Source of the DNA: Geosiphon pyriformis uo1
Taxonomy: Eukaryota; Fungi; Glomeromycota
Direction: 5' to 3'
Length of the DNA stretch: 64,000 nt
Assembly: GCA_016748015.1 (NCBI GenBank)
Contig: JAAOMT010000183.1
Location: 62,001 to 126,000, forward strand
Positions 51,771 to 64,000 of this stretch are shown here, piece by piece. The translations under genes and the position numbers were made by a program. Under the pieces are notes generated by a model that saw only the letters and a program-made list of their open reading frames with translations, searched no databases and had not been told where the DNA came from. Within the stretch, counting starts at the first letter, position 1. Each line of letters opens with the position of its first letter.

Positions 51771-54560
51771 GCATCAGACAAAACTTTATAATATGTGCCA
51801 CTAAAAAAATTTTATTTATTTATAGTATAGCTTAATAACATATAATCCAAATTTTTATACTTTACATATTTGGCAGAGCCCAAATAAAACCAGCATAGAT
51901 TAATACTTCTTAATATTGATGTAATTTCTATAACAGTATTTAATAACTTAACAAAAATCAAAACAAACAATTACATATCTGGCTTAAGTGTTGTTACCAA
52001 TAATTTTTGTCAATATTTGAAACCATTTCTTAACTCAACTAGTAACACATATTACTATAATTATGCTATTGACTATAGTATATTATGGGTATATAGACTA
52101 TTTTAATAAGTGGAAAAGTGAAAGAAAGTACATAATAAAGTTATTAAAAGTGAAAAAAAATATTGTTATTATTATTTGTTTTTGGGTAAGAACCAGTTTT
52201 AGGTATTTTAAAAAGGAAAAAAAAGTCACATCTCTTTATATGTATTAAAAGTGCAATCAACAACAAAAGTAAAACCAACTACTTTAATAAATACATAATC
52301 AGAATTTTTTTAATTAGTCATCAAAAGGGTGTGGTATTCAAATGTTCAGCTTTGAAAGTGAAGGTATAAGAATTATAAAAGGGTTGTAAAAGTAAAACAT
52401 AACTGAAATAAATTTTGATTAAACTTTTTATTGTTGAAACCACTCTCTAATAATATAATATTTTATTATTTATTTTAATATTTTAACAACTTGTTTAATA
52501 AAACAAGACTTAATGTGAAATGGTGATAACACATAATTTGAAAGATCAAAAGTAATAGAAAAACTTAAAATAATAATAACAAGTAAGTAAAAAATTATAA
52601 CAACATAATTTCAAATAGTAATAAAAAATATGTAAAGGCATACTTGAGATTGTGATAAAAAGTATTTGGAGTATAGAAAGAGGAAAAAAAAATGAGGTAT
52701 AAAAGAAAAAACTAACTGCTTACTATAAAACTATAGTAAAGAATTGGTTTAGTATTTAACTAATACTTTTCTGAATTGACAGAGAGATTATACATATAGC
52801 TAAATTACATCAAATCTACATACTATATTAGGACTATTTAAAATATATTAATTATTTATATATATTGAATTAATTAATTCATAATGAGCTTACTTGGCTT
52901 GTTATTTATCCAAGAGCTAGTAATTTAGATAATCAGATTTAAATGGCTGAATTTAGAACATTAATCATAAATCAATGATACCAATTGTAATTATGATCAA
53001 CATAATTAGAAATAAATTAATTGATTATATTTCTTAGTAACTAGTTTTAATCATTAATCACAGATCCAGAATATTGAATTGTTTTAATAAAGACATATGA
53101 AAATCTTGGAGGATAACAAAGTCTGTTGTTATCTGATTACATACATCAATTATTTATTTCCATTGGTGTTTTTTAGTTTGCCAAGATTTCTTTGTATCCA
53201 ACTTAGTTAAACTGTTGAATTGTGCCATATTTTTTTGTTGTAATTAAATTGATTGCTGATCATTTATTTTCAAATTGTCAGCTAATTTTGTTGATTAAGT
53301 GCAATGATATAGGTCTTTTTTGCATGATTTTAATGTTAATTTCCATTGTATGTGTTGTAATTTTTGTATTAAAAAGTGTGAAAATCTTCCAATAATAGTA
53401 TATATAATTGAATAATAATCAATAACACATGTTTTTTTACTTATTGATTTAATAAAATTTCAGATATCATATATATTTATTTTCACTAATAATATATAAA
53501 ATAACATTTTATTATTATCTTTTATATTTCATAATTTCTTGTTTTTATTAGTTCTAATAATTTATATAACATCTTTTTTAATTAGAAAAAACTATTTTAT
53601 TATAATCAAATTAGCATAATCAAATTATCCAAATTCTATTATAGTCTTTTATTATATTCTTATCAGCTGTATTTTGATTGACTTAATTAATCCAAATTCA
53701 GATAGTACAGTATATACAGTCTTAATAGATATATCAATTGGTATTTTTTTTATTACTACAGTTTAATTTGATTACTTAGTAGATTTTTTAATATTAGTGT
53801 TTACCAAAATATTTGCAGCTTTTGTTTTTTCTGTCATTTGTGCCAAACTTGATTTAAATATAAATTATATATAAATAATTTCAACAAATTTTAAAAGAGT
53901 AAATGCTCTTTTAAAATTATTGATTTTTAAAAACAATTTACTGATTATCATGAGTTTATTTTAAGAAAACTTCTTAACAATATTATTCAAACCAATATTT
54001 AAAGCAAATAATTTTCTAACAGAAACATTAACCAAATTTTTTAGAAGAAAAAAAAGAGCTAGTAAAATATTTAATAAAACATTATCATTATTATTATTTA
54101 AGAAGTTAATTTTCTTTAATAATATACTCAAAGCTTTTTTGGTTTTATTCATGGAATTTTTAGTGTTTAATTAGAATTTTTTTCTTTAAAAGCATTTTTT
54201 TTACCATAGTCAACACTAGTTTCTTTTACTAAATACTTTTTTTATATATTAATACTATTGAATTTAGTAGTATTATTAGTTTTAGAGTCCCAAAAATGAC
54301 CATCTAAATCTCTATTATAAATCATTTTGTTACTAATACTGTTTTTTAAAACATTTTTTTTTTTCTAGAAAGAATATATTTGTTATCACTGCCAAAACCA
54401 GGATTCTTGATAAATTTCTTTATAACAATAATACTAAAACCAACAATGGCCTCGTAATTAAGCAGAAAAGATTTGGATTTATTGTATTGAATGGTTAAAA
54501 ACTTTTTTTCAACAAATGTACTCTTTGGTGAATTATGAACATAGGAGAAAAAAGAGGTTT
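51770..54560 (-). mobile_element. Decayed LINE 5' fragment (5' UTR plus ORF1) in inverted orientation, interrupted by an unclassified ~1.4-kb insert (~52000-53400)
   Basis: Reverse complement of 54400-54560 matches the LINE 5' UTR at 19086-19250; ORF 53961-54152 (LVNVSVRKLFALNIGL) matches ORF1; ORF1 similarity resumes at ~51990-51770. Confidence 0.75.
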
Positions 54561-55081
54561 GAATGTATTTTTACTATATGTAAATTTTTAAAACTTTGAT
54601 CATAATTATTAAATATATAAAAAATTGTACTAAATAGCAGTTGAACTTTACTTAATAAATATTAATAAAAATTTTAATAAAAACTGCTATCACAATTTTT
54701 TTTAATAAATAAACTTTAAACTTTAAAAATTTACTTGTTAAATATTAAATTAAATCAATTATTCAAAACAAAAATATATAATATAATACTTTAACATTTT
54801 ATTTTATTTTAATGATTTAATATTAAATATAAATACATCAACAATAAATATTTAAAGTTATTAACTTACTTTTCAATGTATTGTATGTTTATTATTGCGT
54901 CATAAATTAAAAAAGCTTTAAAGAAATTCAAAATCTTATAATATATTCAATATTCAAATGATTTTTGAAATTAATTATATAAATCAATGGCATACACGGA
55001 GATGCAAACTATAAATAATACAGTAACACACCAATTCTTTAAAAATTTATTCTTTTTCGTTAGAGTTACTGGGCGCTCGGA

Positions 55082-55957
55082 ATGGAAAATCAACAACCTG
55101 GGAATGTTGAAGAATCAAACTTAACTACCGATCGACTTACCCAACTTCAAGAACAAATCGACAACGTAATTTAAGGTACAAATATCTTTTCTAATTATTT
55201 GGTCACCACGCTCACTTCAGACTTTTATTAGCTTACTGCAACCTTTTGGGAATGTTTGAGCTTACTCAATGAGTGTAAGTGTTTGAATTTTATGGACTTT
55301 TTATACAGCCTTTTTAATGCATATTGATTTTATTTAAATTCGGCGGCTTAAAAGCGACGCAAAAAGATGCTGCCCAGTTAGCCGGTAAATTAAATTTGAG
55401 TTGGCACAAAAGTTATAGTAGCTTACCAACATGAATAACTCACCATTTGATATTTCCCCCTTACTAAATCACGATTTTTCAATAATAAAGCCCAAAGATC
55501 CCACTTAGTAGAAAAGGTAAAAGTAGCTATAGGAAGAGTTGAAATTCTTATAGAAAACTTGCCAGGTATTAATGATTCCGAGGAAAAGCAAGTACGTAGC
55601 GTTTTATTTTAAGTAAATCAGAGGGAGGAAACAATATCCTTAATACTCAACATCCCAATCATCAATTGATGTATTCCAAATTGGAGGGGTTTGTAGTAAG
55701 ATATTTTTTGACACTTTCCTATTCATTAAAGCTTCAAGAGCTGGAGTCGCTGGAACAAGAATTGCAAGAAGCAAATAAGGAATATTTAGAGGCTATAGCA
55801 GAAGCAGGTGAGCCACTATGAGATTTACCCTCTGATAATGATTATTAATAAAAAATTCTTTTTTTCGATTGTACAAGAAAATCTTATGAAACAAATAAGA
55901 GATGTTATACACACTATATTTGAAGACCAAGTGTCTTTGGATGACCCTGCTGATTAA
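55082..55957 (+). CDS. MED21: Mediator complex subunit 21 (Srb7), multi-exon, missed by the ORF track
   Basis: Exons read MENQQPGNVEESNLTTDRLTQLQEQIDN|...|EILIENLPGINDSEEKQ|LQELESLEQELQEANKEYLEAIAEA|ENLMKQIRDVI...DDPAD-stop. DRLTQLQ and LI..LPG are Med21 hallmarks. Confidence 0.85.
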
Positions 55958-55999
55958 TTTGTCCAGATAAATAATTTTTTTCTGGGTAGAATCCCCATT

Positions 56000-57849
56000 T
56001 CAAATAATGACATCCTCATTCTCCTGATTCTCATGGGCAGTTGGATAAAGTTCGGTATTCTCGGCACCTTCTACCATCCATAAAAGCCGTGTTCCCACCG
56101 CCATAATGCCAAACAATACCCAATTTGCCAAACGCATCGTAAATTTTTGATTAACATTTTCCATCGCATCCATCATTGTGACAAGCAGGATTCCCCATAT
56201 TTGAGCTCCGGTATTCAAAATACCCGTTGTTTTAATCTCATCTTGCTGGAAAGATGTGATTCTTGTAACAAATTGGAAAACCACAGGAGATATAGCTAAA
56301 TTAAAATTTTCCACACATTAATTTTTAACAATAAAACCAATTTACAACGCAAATTTGGTAGAAATCGGTAAACATACCATAAGAAAACACGCCAAATAAA
56401 ATACTATCAATAATATCAAATGTTCGTTGTTTAGAAAAGCAAAAAAAAGGTGAGCATTATGAAGGGCTTGCAAAGTGGATATTATTACTGTACCTTGCCA
56501 CAAACACTGTGGTTAAAGATTCATGTGCCAAACCTATATTGAATAAGGCCCACGAAATCAGAGCTCCCAAGTATATGACACGACAAGCTTTTTTGAAAGC
56601 AAAAGTGTAATCAAGATAAATTCCAATAAGAAAAGAGCCAAATACTCCTGCTACGACTATTGAAAAGCCCAAAAAACCAACTTTTGACTTGGAAAAGTTG
56701 AAGTCGTTAAAATATGTTAGTGTGGATTTGATTCGTTGATAGTGACAACAAGCAAAAAAATCCTTCTAAATACCTCGTTATAAACTGGAACGATAATCTG
56801 AGATAAGAGTGTGCTAAGGGCATATTGAGCGCCAATTACAATACCATAAGCTGTAGCAAGTAAAAGAAAAGGCCAATTTTTAAAGTAATCCTTTAAAGTA
56901 GTCAACGATGTGATCCTGACTCGCTCATTTATCTTCAAACTGCAATAAAGAGATTGAAATCAAATGATGAAAAATTTATAAAATCAAAACATCACCCTCT
57001 ACCTATGATCATCACCAGGTGGGATTTTGAACGTGAATATTAAAAATACATAGATAATTATACACACGCCAAATTGCAACAACATATATCTCGGAATATC
57101 CGCACTCGCAGTTGCTTCTTTAATCATGTATGGTGATAATAGAAAACTTGATAAAAGAAAATCTAAAATATTAATTATACACTAAACATACCATTCTGGT
57201 ATAAACATTCTTACCCAAAAGCAATACCAGCATTATTAGCTGTAACTCCGATGGCTGTAGCTAAATTTTGTTCGCCAACGTGGAACAAAGTATTTGCTAA
57301 TTTTGGAGGTATTCCAAGGATAAAAACGTTTGCACCCGAAGCAATCGCTTGTCCAAGAAATAACCACCAAAAACCAGAAGGTCCAAAAGAGCCAAAAAAA
57401 CGGAATAATGTACCAAAAGCATTTAGAAAAGCACCAAAAAGGACTCCAAGGCGTATACCATAAATGTCAAATACTTTTAGAGAAGGAAGCAAGATAAAGG
57501 GATAAACGAACATATAAATAGTGGAAAGTGAATTAATGTAAGAAGGTGTAGTGTGTTCATAATGGGACATAAATATAAAAAGACACGGGGAAAATGTGAT
57601 CCATAAACAAGCCGAAGAAAATGAAAGACAAGAAAAACCAAATAGGATCGTCCAACGGTGTGGGGAAACCTTGGGTTTATGCTTATTTACAGAATCGGAA
57701 GACAACTGGGTGGTAGTGGTATTTACATTATTACTTGTTGGATTTACATCCTCAGAGTTAAAGACCAACGGAAACGTTTCAAGACTAGCACTAAAATTAA
57801 GTTCTTTTGCAACACTAGAAGTGTTCAAGAATTCTTGAGAAGTTCTCAT
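56000..57849 (-). CDS. MFS transporter, FLVCR/SLC49-like
   Basis: HRWTILFGFSCLSFSSACLWITFSP, LFLGQAIASGANVFILGIPPKLANTLFHVGEQNLATAIGVTANNAGIAFG and multiple TM segments over several exons. Start most likely MRTSQEF at 57849; an upstream in-frame ATG at 57927 is possible. Confidence 0.85.
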
Positions 57850-57972
57850 AGGTTGAATTGTTATAATTAATAACTGACTACTTGTGAAAATCCACTGTTT
57901 ATATGAGCATAGAACAATGGTGATCATGTGCGTTGAATTCAAAATTTCGTTTCTTTCAGATTCTCGGTTATA

Positions 57973-59241
57973 ATGACAGAGGCAACTGGAACAGTCCTTT
58001 CTAACCGTTCATTTAGCATAAAAAACATAAATGCTTCCTCGTTAGTCGAAACCCCAAGCCCAGTTTCTCCTGAAACCTCACCTCAAAATCTTATGTCAAA
58101 TAAGATTTTGCGGCGAAATCGCCCTGGAACAAAATTGGAGGTAAATGACAGTTGTCTGTTGCTTGGGATCCTTTTATTGGTAATGGAAGCTGTTATCGAT
58201 AAAGTCTTCATGTAGTTACCATTAAAACATAGGACGCCTATCATTACTCTTATGTTTCGTTTGAGCATATAGACTCAGCTTTCGCATTACAGGAGTATCT
58301 ACAATCACTAATACGCCTTGACAAAGAGAATATTGGGCTCCTAGTAACACTGCCGAATGGGCAAGATGAAGAGACATGGCAATATGAGCACTTGAGGTAT
58401 TCTAATATCATTAGATTTTCATGAATGAATTATTCAATAACAACAACCATAATTTAAGGCAGCTCTGTCTTGAACTCAACTACCTTATTGTGCACCTCTT
58501 GCCCGATTGTACCCGTCAAACGTGTCCCGAGATGAAAGCCGACGAATGGAAGTACATATGTGCAATGCATCAAGCGCCTGTAGGGGTATTTATCGAGTTT
58601 TTGAGAGCTTTCATAAAGGAGCGATATCATCCATTTAAGATTTTGAATTTTTTTTATCCTTAATGAAATTGCAGTGTTGTGCAATTGATTACATTGTACA
58701 CACCTTGGATGGGGCCACAACTTTGCTCAATAGTCATAAATACTTTCCAAGCAGGTATACTGATTGCTTGATAATCTGAGAGAAGGAAACTATTGTTTAA
58801 TTATGTAAATACAAAAATGACTCGGTACTTGGACGATTTTCTCATGGAATTTTTTTGCTTAAAACTTGTTATTAGACTATCGATCCCGCCTACTTCTCTC
58901 AAGCACTATCAGCAAATTGCTAGACGGCTTTATCGGATATTTGCTCATGCCTTTTTTCATCATCGGGAAATCTTTGAATCATTTGAGGTAAATTTAATGG
59001 TATAACAGTGTTTATTACCTATCTAAAACATCTTGATCTCAAAAGATTAATTATTATCTAGGGTGAAACTTTTCTTTACGCTCGATTCTTGAAACTATCA
59101 ATTCGTTATGGTTTGGTACCAAAAAATCTCATCATAATCCCTGGCTATGAACATATCACAAAAGACGATAATCAATCTAACAATATTACTATAACTAATT
59201 CAAATGATGCTTCTTTAATCGAAGCTGCAACTCCAACGTGA
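57973..59241 (+). CDS. MOB4: MOB4/phocein (fungal Mob3), STRIPAK complex subunit
   Basis: [27 protein letters not shown]|[66 protein letters not shown]; stop TGA 59239-59241. Confidence 0.92.
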
Positions 59242-59769
59242 ACTGTACTTCCAACCTTTTCTCTCTTGATGGTTCCTTATCAAATACACTATTTAATTCT
59301 TTATTCATGTAATATGCCTTTGTGATAGAACATCATTTCTAGAAATCATGTATTGGATTTACAAATCTAATAAGTCCTACTCCTTTTTTTATAACACATC
59401 AATATTAGGCATTGTTAAGTAAAACTGTTATGTCCGGCATGATTCAGGAAAGAATCAAGCAATGCCTGAAAATAGATTTTTCAAGTATAATTTTCTTTGT
59501 GTATTGCAATCTCCCGATTTTGGCAATTTTACATTTTGAATTCTGATACTTTTTATGTTATTACCGATTACAAGTCTTAGATATATAAGCTTTATTTTAA
59601 ATAACAATGTAAATTTTAAAAACGCACAATTTTTGTTATGTGTAAAACTATTTTGTTTTTAAATATTAAATTTGTGCCTTATTAAAAAATCATTTATTTT
59701 TTGATATATATATTACAAATTAATATATTTTATAATAAATTTAAATTAAATAATTTAATTTAAATTTTT

Positions 59770-60900
59770 TTTCTTGTATTTTCATAACCACAATTAAAGC
59801 AAAAAGTAAAAAAAAGCCACACTTATTTCTTCTATAGTTTCCAACAATAACTATTTAAAAAACTTTTAACAATAAATCAACTTTAAACCACTTTTCTTAA
59901 ATATTATAAAGACAAAATGGTTTTTGGTCATTAAAAAAACCTTTTTTTTTTCTAAGTTAAAGTTTTTTTTTAAACTTATTAAACCAGTTTTATTATTATT
60001 ATTATTTCAAAAATTTAATTATAAACTAGTGGCAAAATTTAATAATTACTATTTAAATAACCAAAAAAAATAACTACTTTTTTTCTTAGAAACACTATTA
60101 TTAATTCTTTTTAAATACTAAAAAATAGAGTTTTTTTAAAGTATTTTTTTAATTTAAAGCCAATTTTTTGATAATTTTATTAGTTTTATTATAGTTATAT
60201 TAATTTTGATTATATTCTAATTGCAAACAATAATCTTTTTTTATTTTAAATAATAATAGTAATAATATGTTTATTTAGTTTATAATTAAATTTTTTTATA
60301 ATTTAATATAATACAATAATTAAATATTATAAATTAAATATAAATTTAAATAAAAAAACCTTTTTTTTTATTTTTATAATTATAATCAGAGCAAAAAGTA
60401 AAAAAACTATAACTTTTTTATTTTTATTATTATTTAAAGCAATTAGTAGTTTTTTTATCAGTAAAATATTAGCAGTTATTAAAATTGTTTAATAATATTC
60501 TATAAAAATATTCTTTTTAAATAAAATAATAGTTAACTAATCTTTTGTTATTTTAAAAACAATTTTTTATTTTTGGTTAAAAGTTTTTTTATAGTTTTGT
60601 TAAAATATTTAATATAGTTTCTATTTTTTTAAAATTTTTAAAGTGTTTTATAAAAAATTAATAATTAAATTTTCTTGTTTAAATAACTAAAAAGTCAAAA
60701 TAGCCAAAAAACAACTTTTTTATATCTTTATTAAGTCGAATAACAATTTTTTAAAGTAGTAAGTAGTTTTTTTCTGGTATTTTTGGTAGTTTTAGTGGTT
60801 TAAAATTTGTTTTTTCTTATATAAAAAATAAAATTTTGATTTTTTTTGCTTTTTTTAGCTTTTTGTTAATTTTATATTATTAATATTAATCATATTATCT
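59770..60900 (+). mobile_element. Two tandem, strongly decayed 5' relics related to the ORF1-only element
   Basis: The start motif (a/g)agcaaaaagtaaaaaaa recurs at ~59797 and ~60388 in the same context as at 11027. Confidence 0.55.
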
Positions 60901-60938
60901 AGTTTTATTATAATTGTAAATAAAAAAATATATATATA

Positions 60939-63219
60939 TTTTTTTATATGCTTTAATGAGTGCAGCCCAAAAACAATCTAGTACTATATATTAAAGAAAT
61001 AATCTAAACTAGACGTTAATCATGCACTTTTTACACATGACTAGTCACTTGAACCAATCAAGGACACATTATGCTGAAACAATAGGAGGTGGGAATAATC
61101 TCAACCCACAAATTTTTTCAATAACACCATTCAGATTCCTAGAATCAAAAATAAACTCACTAAGAAATAATCTAGTAGATTCAACACTACTCCTAATTTT
61201 AACACCTGACATCCGTTACAAAGCTATAACACACTCAACAGTATCCTTACTCAAGAGAGAAGATTTGATGGTCTACATATTATCATAATCCATGCCACCA
61301 AAGTCAACTTCAGATCTAAGACAAGCAAAGTCCTTAGACATACTAACCATAAGATTGGCAAAATTGTTAGAAGCATATTTCATAGAAAAAAGATCTTTCT
61401 CAACTTGAACAGCTTTAATAGCATTATCATCAAGGAGACGAGATACCAAGACAACCAAAAAGCCAACAGATTCAACAATAAACTTTACCAAAGCAGCCAA
61501 ATCCGAAATTTGCTTTTCCAAAGAGTTCAATCTGGACCCAACCACAGGATTAACAACAGCCACAGGAGAGGCAAAAGCCACCAAAAGAGGAAATTCAGAC
61601 ATAACAGGAGGAGCAGATGTCTTAGCATAAGACAAAGAACCAACAAAATTTGGTTTGAATATCTTGGAAGCCTTAGAAAAAGAAGGTGAAACAACTTTAC
61701 AGTCTACAGCCAAGTGATCTGTTTCTTGACACTGAAAACAATGCTGACAACCAGAGGTTTCCCATCAAATATGGCATTTTCTTAAGGTATCAGTTTTGAC
61801 AACTGCAGAGTCCAAATCAACTTGAGAACCAAATATAACCAGAGCAAACCAGGAACAACGACCAGAATCAGACGAACAAGGAATAAAACAAGTCCAGCCA
61901 CCAACCTGTAAGATTATATTACTAATCTCAAAGGCAGTACAGCCAAGAGAAAGATTGACCAGCTTGGCTTTAAACCTATTACAAAACACAATAGTTTCTT
62001 GTTGATTCACCAAAGGGAGGATTCTAACATTATCCTTGCCCACTAAAACTAATCAATGATTTAAAGCAAACACAACAGAATCCAACTTTTTAAAATAAAC
62101 CACCACATACTGCCAAATGCCAGCAGGCTTCAGCACAACACAAGTGACACTTCCAAACACACTAAGAGCTGTCTTAATGTCAGCAGCAGATACACCCAAG
62201 GGCACATCACGCAGCACAACAGCAGCAGAAAAAGAACCAGACTCAGAAACCACTAAAGACTTGGCAATTTTGAGAGTGGCCAAATGTACAGAGCTTGTAA
62301 GCTCAACCAAAAATGCAGCTTCCAAAGATACTTGAGAAGCAAACTCCACACAAAACAGCTTCACATTGTCTTTTAATACTGACTTTATACCCAAGAAACC
62401 ATGTACTGACTGAAAAACAGCCTTGACATAAGCCAATTTGATTTTAAAGGTAGCATTAAGCACCAGAGTAGAGATCACCCACTCAGCAAACCTTTGACGA
62501 CTAGTAATAATTTCTCAAGTACTACCAAAAGTAACACCAAAAACTAGAGAAGGAGATGATTCAGTTTCTATTTGATCAATCCAGTTCTCAAAAACAGGTA
62601 ATCTAACTGGAGAAAATTGTTTTGCTTCTAAAACTGGTAATAATCTGCTGAAAGACACCACATTTGGCAACACAGTCAGTGATTGATCTTGGCCCATCTT
62701 GGATGATGTGTTGGATGATACTATAGAGATCTCATCTAAGATCTTATTGGAAACCACAAAGGGGTTCAGTGTAACAATAGCAGAGGCAAGTGACTGCCTC
62801 CACTTTTCTGAACTTTTGGTCTTTTTGACCATTTTTTTTGAAAAGGCGATGCTAGAAGCACCAGGTGTTGAATTTATAGAGGGAAAAACCAGCTTATTTA
62901 CTGGTCTATTATTAAAAACTTTTGGGCTCTTAGTCGGAGTGGAGACAACATTGGAACTAATCTAAGTGTGTCTCTTTGAGGGAACTTTGACTGGTGAAAA
63001 ACCAGCCAAAGATGAGAAAGTTGCTTTAGTAGCTACCAAAGGCAGCTTTTCATGATTACTGGGTAAAAGGAAGACTTCTAAAACATTCTGTCTAGTTGCT
63101 TTTACAACAGAGAGATCTTTTCTGGTTGAAATTTTATTAGATATCTCAGGAAAGATATCAGGTGCAGCTTTTTTACTCTTTGCTCTGATCATGATCATAA
63201 AATTAAGGAAACAAAGAGT
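60939..63219 (-). mobile_element. ORF1-only non-LTR retroelement (half-LINE-like), copy B, better preserved
   Basis: Same 5' start (actctttgtttccttaattttATG, ATG at 63198) and collinear ORF pieces (MIMIRAKSKKAAPD; VVLRDVPLGVSAADIKTAL; CFQCQETDHLAVDC). No RT. LINE-type 3' tail at 60939-61072. Confidence 0.88.
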
Positions 63220-63725
63220 TTTTTTTTTTAGCTTTTTTTTTTTGTTTAAAATAATAATAATAAAAACATATTGATTAATTTTAATTTAAATTAACTTTTG
63301 GTTATATTTTTTAATACATTAATTTTTAACTAATTTTTACTGGTTTTAAAAACAAAACAAACCATATTTTTATACATGTTTTTATTCTAAAATTATAGCT
63401 TAGCCATTCAATAGTCTTAACTTGAATTCCATTGAAAACTTATGGACTATTGTAAAAAAGAATGTAAAAAATAATTTTTTAATATATAATGAAAAATATA
63501 TATATTTTTAATGTTTTGATTTTTACTTTTTAAGAGCAATTATTTTCTTGATTTAGAGTTCAGGATCACGTTTATGGGTTACGATCTTGCATCATTGTTA
63601 ACCAATAAGACCGTAGCCACAGTACACTAAAATCTGAGGTATAAAAATGTTCATTCGTTCAAACTTTACTAAAACGACCTTTAAAAGAATCCTTTGGAGG
63701 TGTTTTGTCTTTTTAGTCGCCTATT

Positions 63726-64000
63726 ATGACAACCCTCTTTTTTACGTCAAGTTCTTGCGCGGAAAACGCGTGTAACGGCCTTGTTAATCCTTTGCACAGC
63801 CTGTCCAACCAAATATTCGCTGGAGCCGGATTTCCATCTTCAATCAACATTCTCAAAGAGCAAAAATATTTGGAAAATGTTAGTAAGATTCCTTTCCGTG
63901 AACAAAAAGAAATAGCATGTGAACAAAAGGAAGCTTGTGGCAGTCAAAGTAATTGGGAGCACTTTTCTCATGTATGGCACGAGGAAAACATTTATCAGGA
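63726..64000 (+). CDS. 5' end of a gene running off the window; N-terminus resembles PEX5/Pex20-type peroxisomal import receptors
   Basis: Open frame MTTLFFTSSSCAENACNGLVNPLHSLSNQI...NWEHFSHVWHEENIYQ to the window end. The C-x4-NPL pattern recalls the conserved N-terminal cysteine motif of PEX5. Composition is genic and retains CpG. Confidence 0.4.
   Translation, partial: MTTLFFTSSSCAENACNGLVNPLHSLSNQIFAGAGFPSSINILKEQKYLENVSKIPFREQKEIACEQKEACGSQSNWEHFSHVWHEENIYQ

Noticed and set aside
63715-63837. Terminal exon of a minus-strand gene
   Set aside because: Two short frames are possible but neither is recognisable; the plus-strand frame is longer and open to the window end.

Overview
Eukaryotic, intron-rich fungal DNA. 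Gene style and repeat content suggest an early-diverging, Glomeromycotina-like fungus (inference). Three compact islands of housekeeping genes are present: VPS1 divergent from a NEO1/ATP9 P4-ATPase (0.2-8.8 kb), CSN5 (16.1-17.7 kb), and MED21, an FLVCR-like MFS transporter and MOB4 (55.1-59.2 kb). A possible PEX5-like 5' end lies at the right edge. The islands are separated by transposon fields decayed by C>T/G>A mutation. The centre is one ~6.8-kb APE-RT-RNase H LINE (19.1-46.4 kb) split by two full-length ~10-kb Ty3/Gypsy insertions, both with CG-derived 4-bp target duplications. Both Gypsy elements show an unusual layout: a gag frame that appears to begin inside the LTR, a Cys-rich block and a dUTPase between protease and RT, integrase as a separate ORF, and an extra unknown 3' ORF. 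A separate ~2.3-kb family encoding only a LINE-ORF1-like protein (two full copies, two relics) carries the same structured ~130-nt 3' tail as the autonomous LINE, which suggests a non-autonomous 'half-LINE' using the LINE's RT. All domain calls come from motif recognition by eye; no searches were run.
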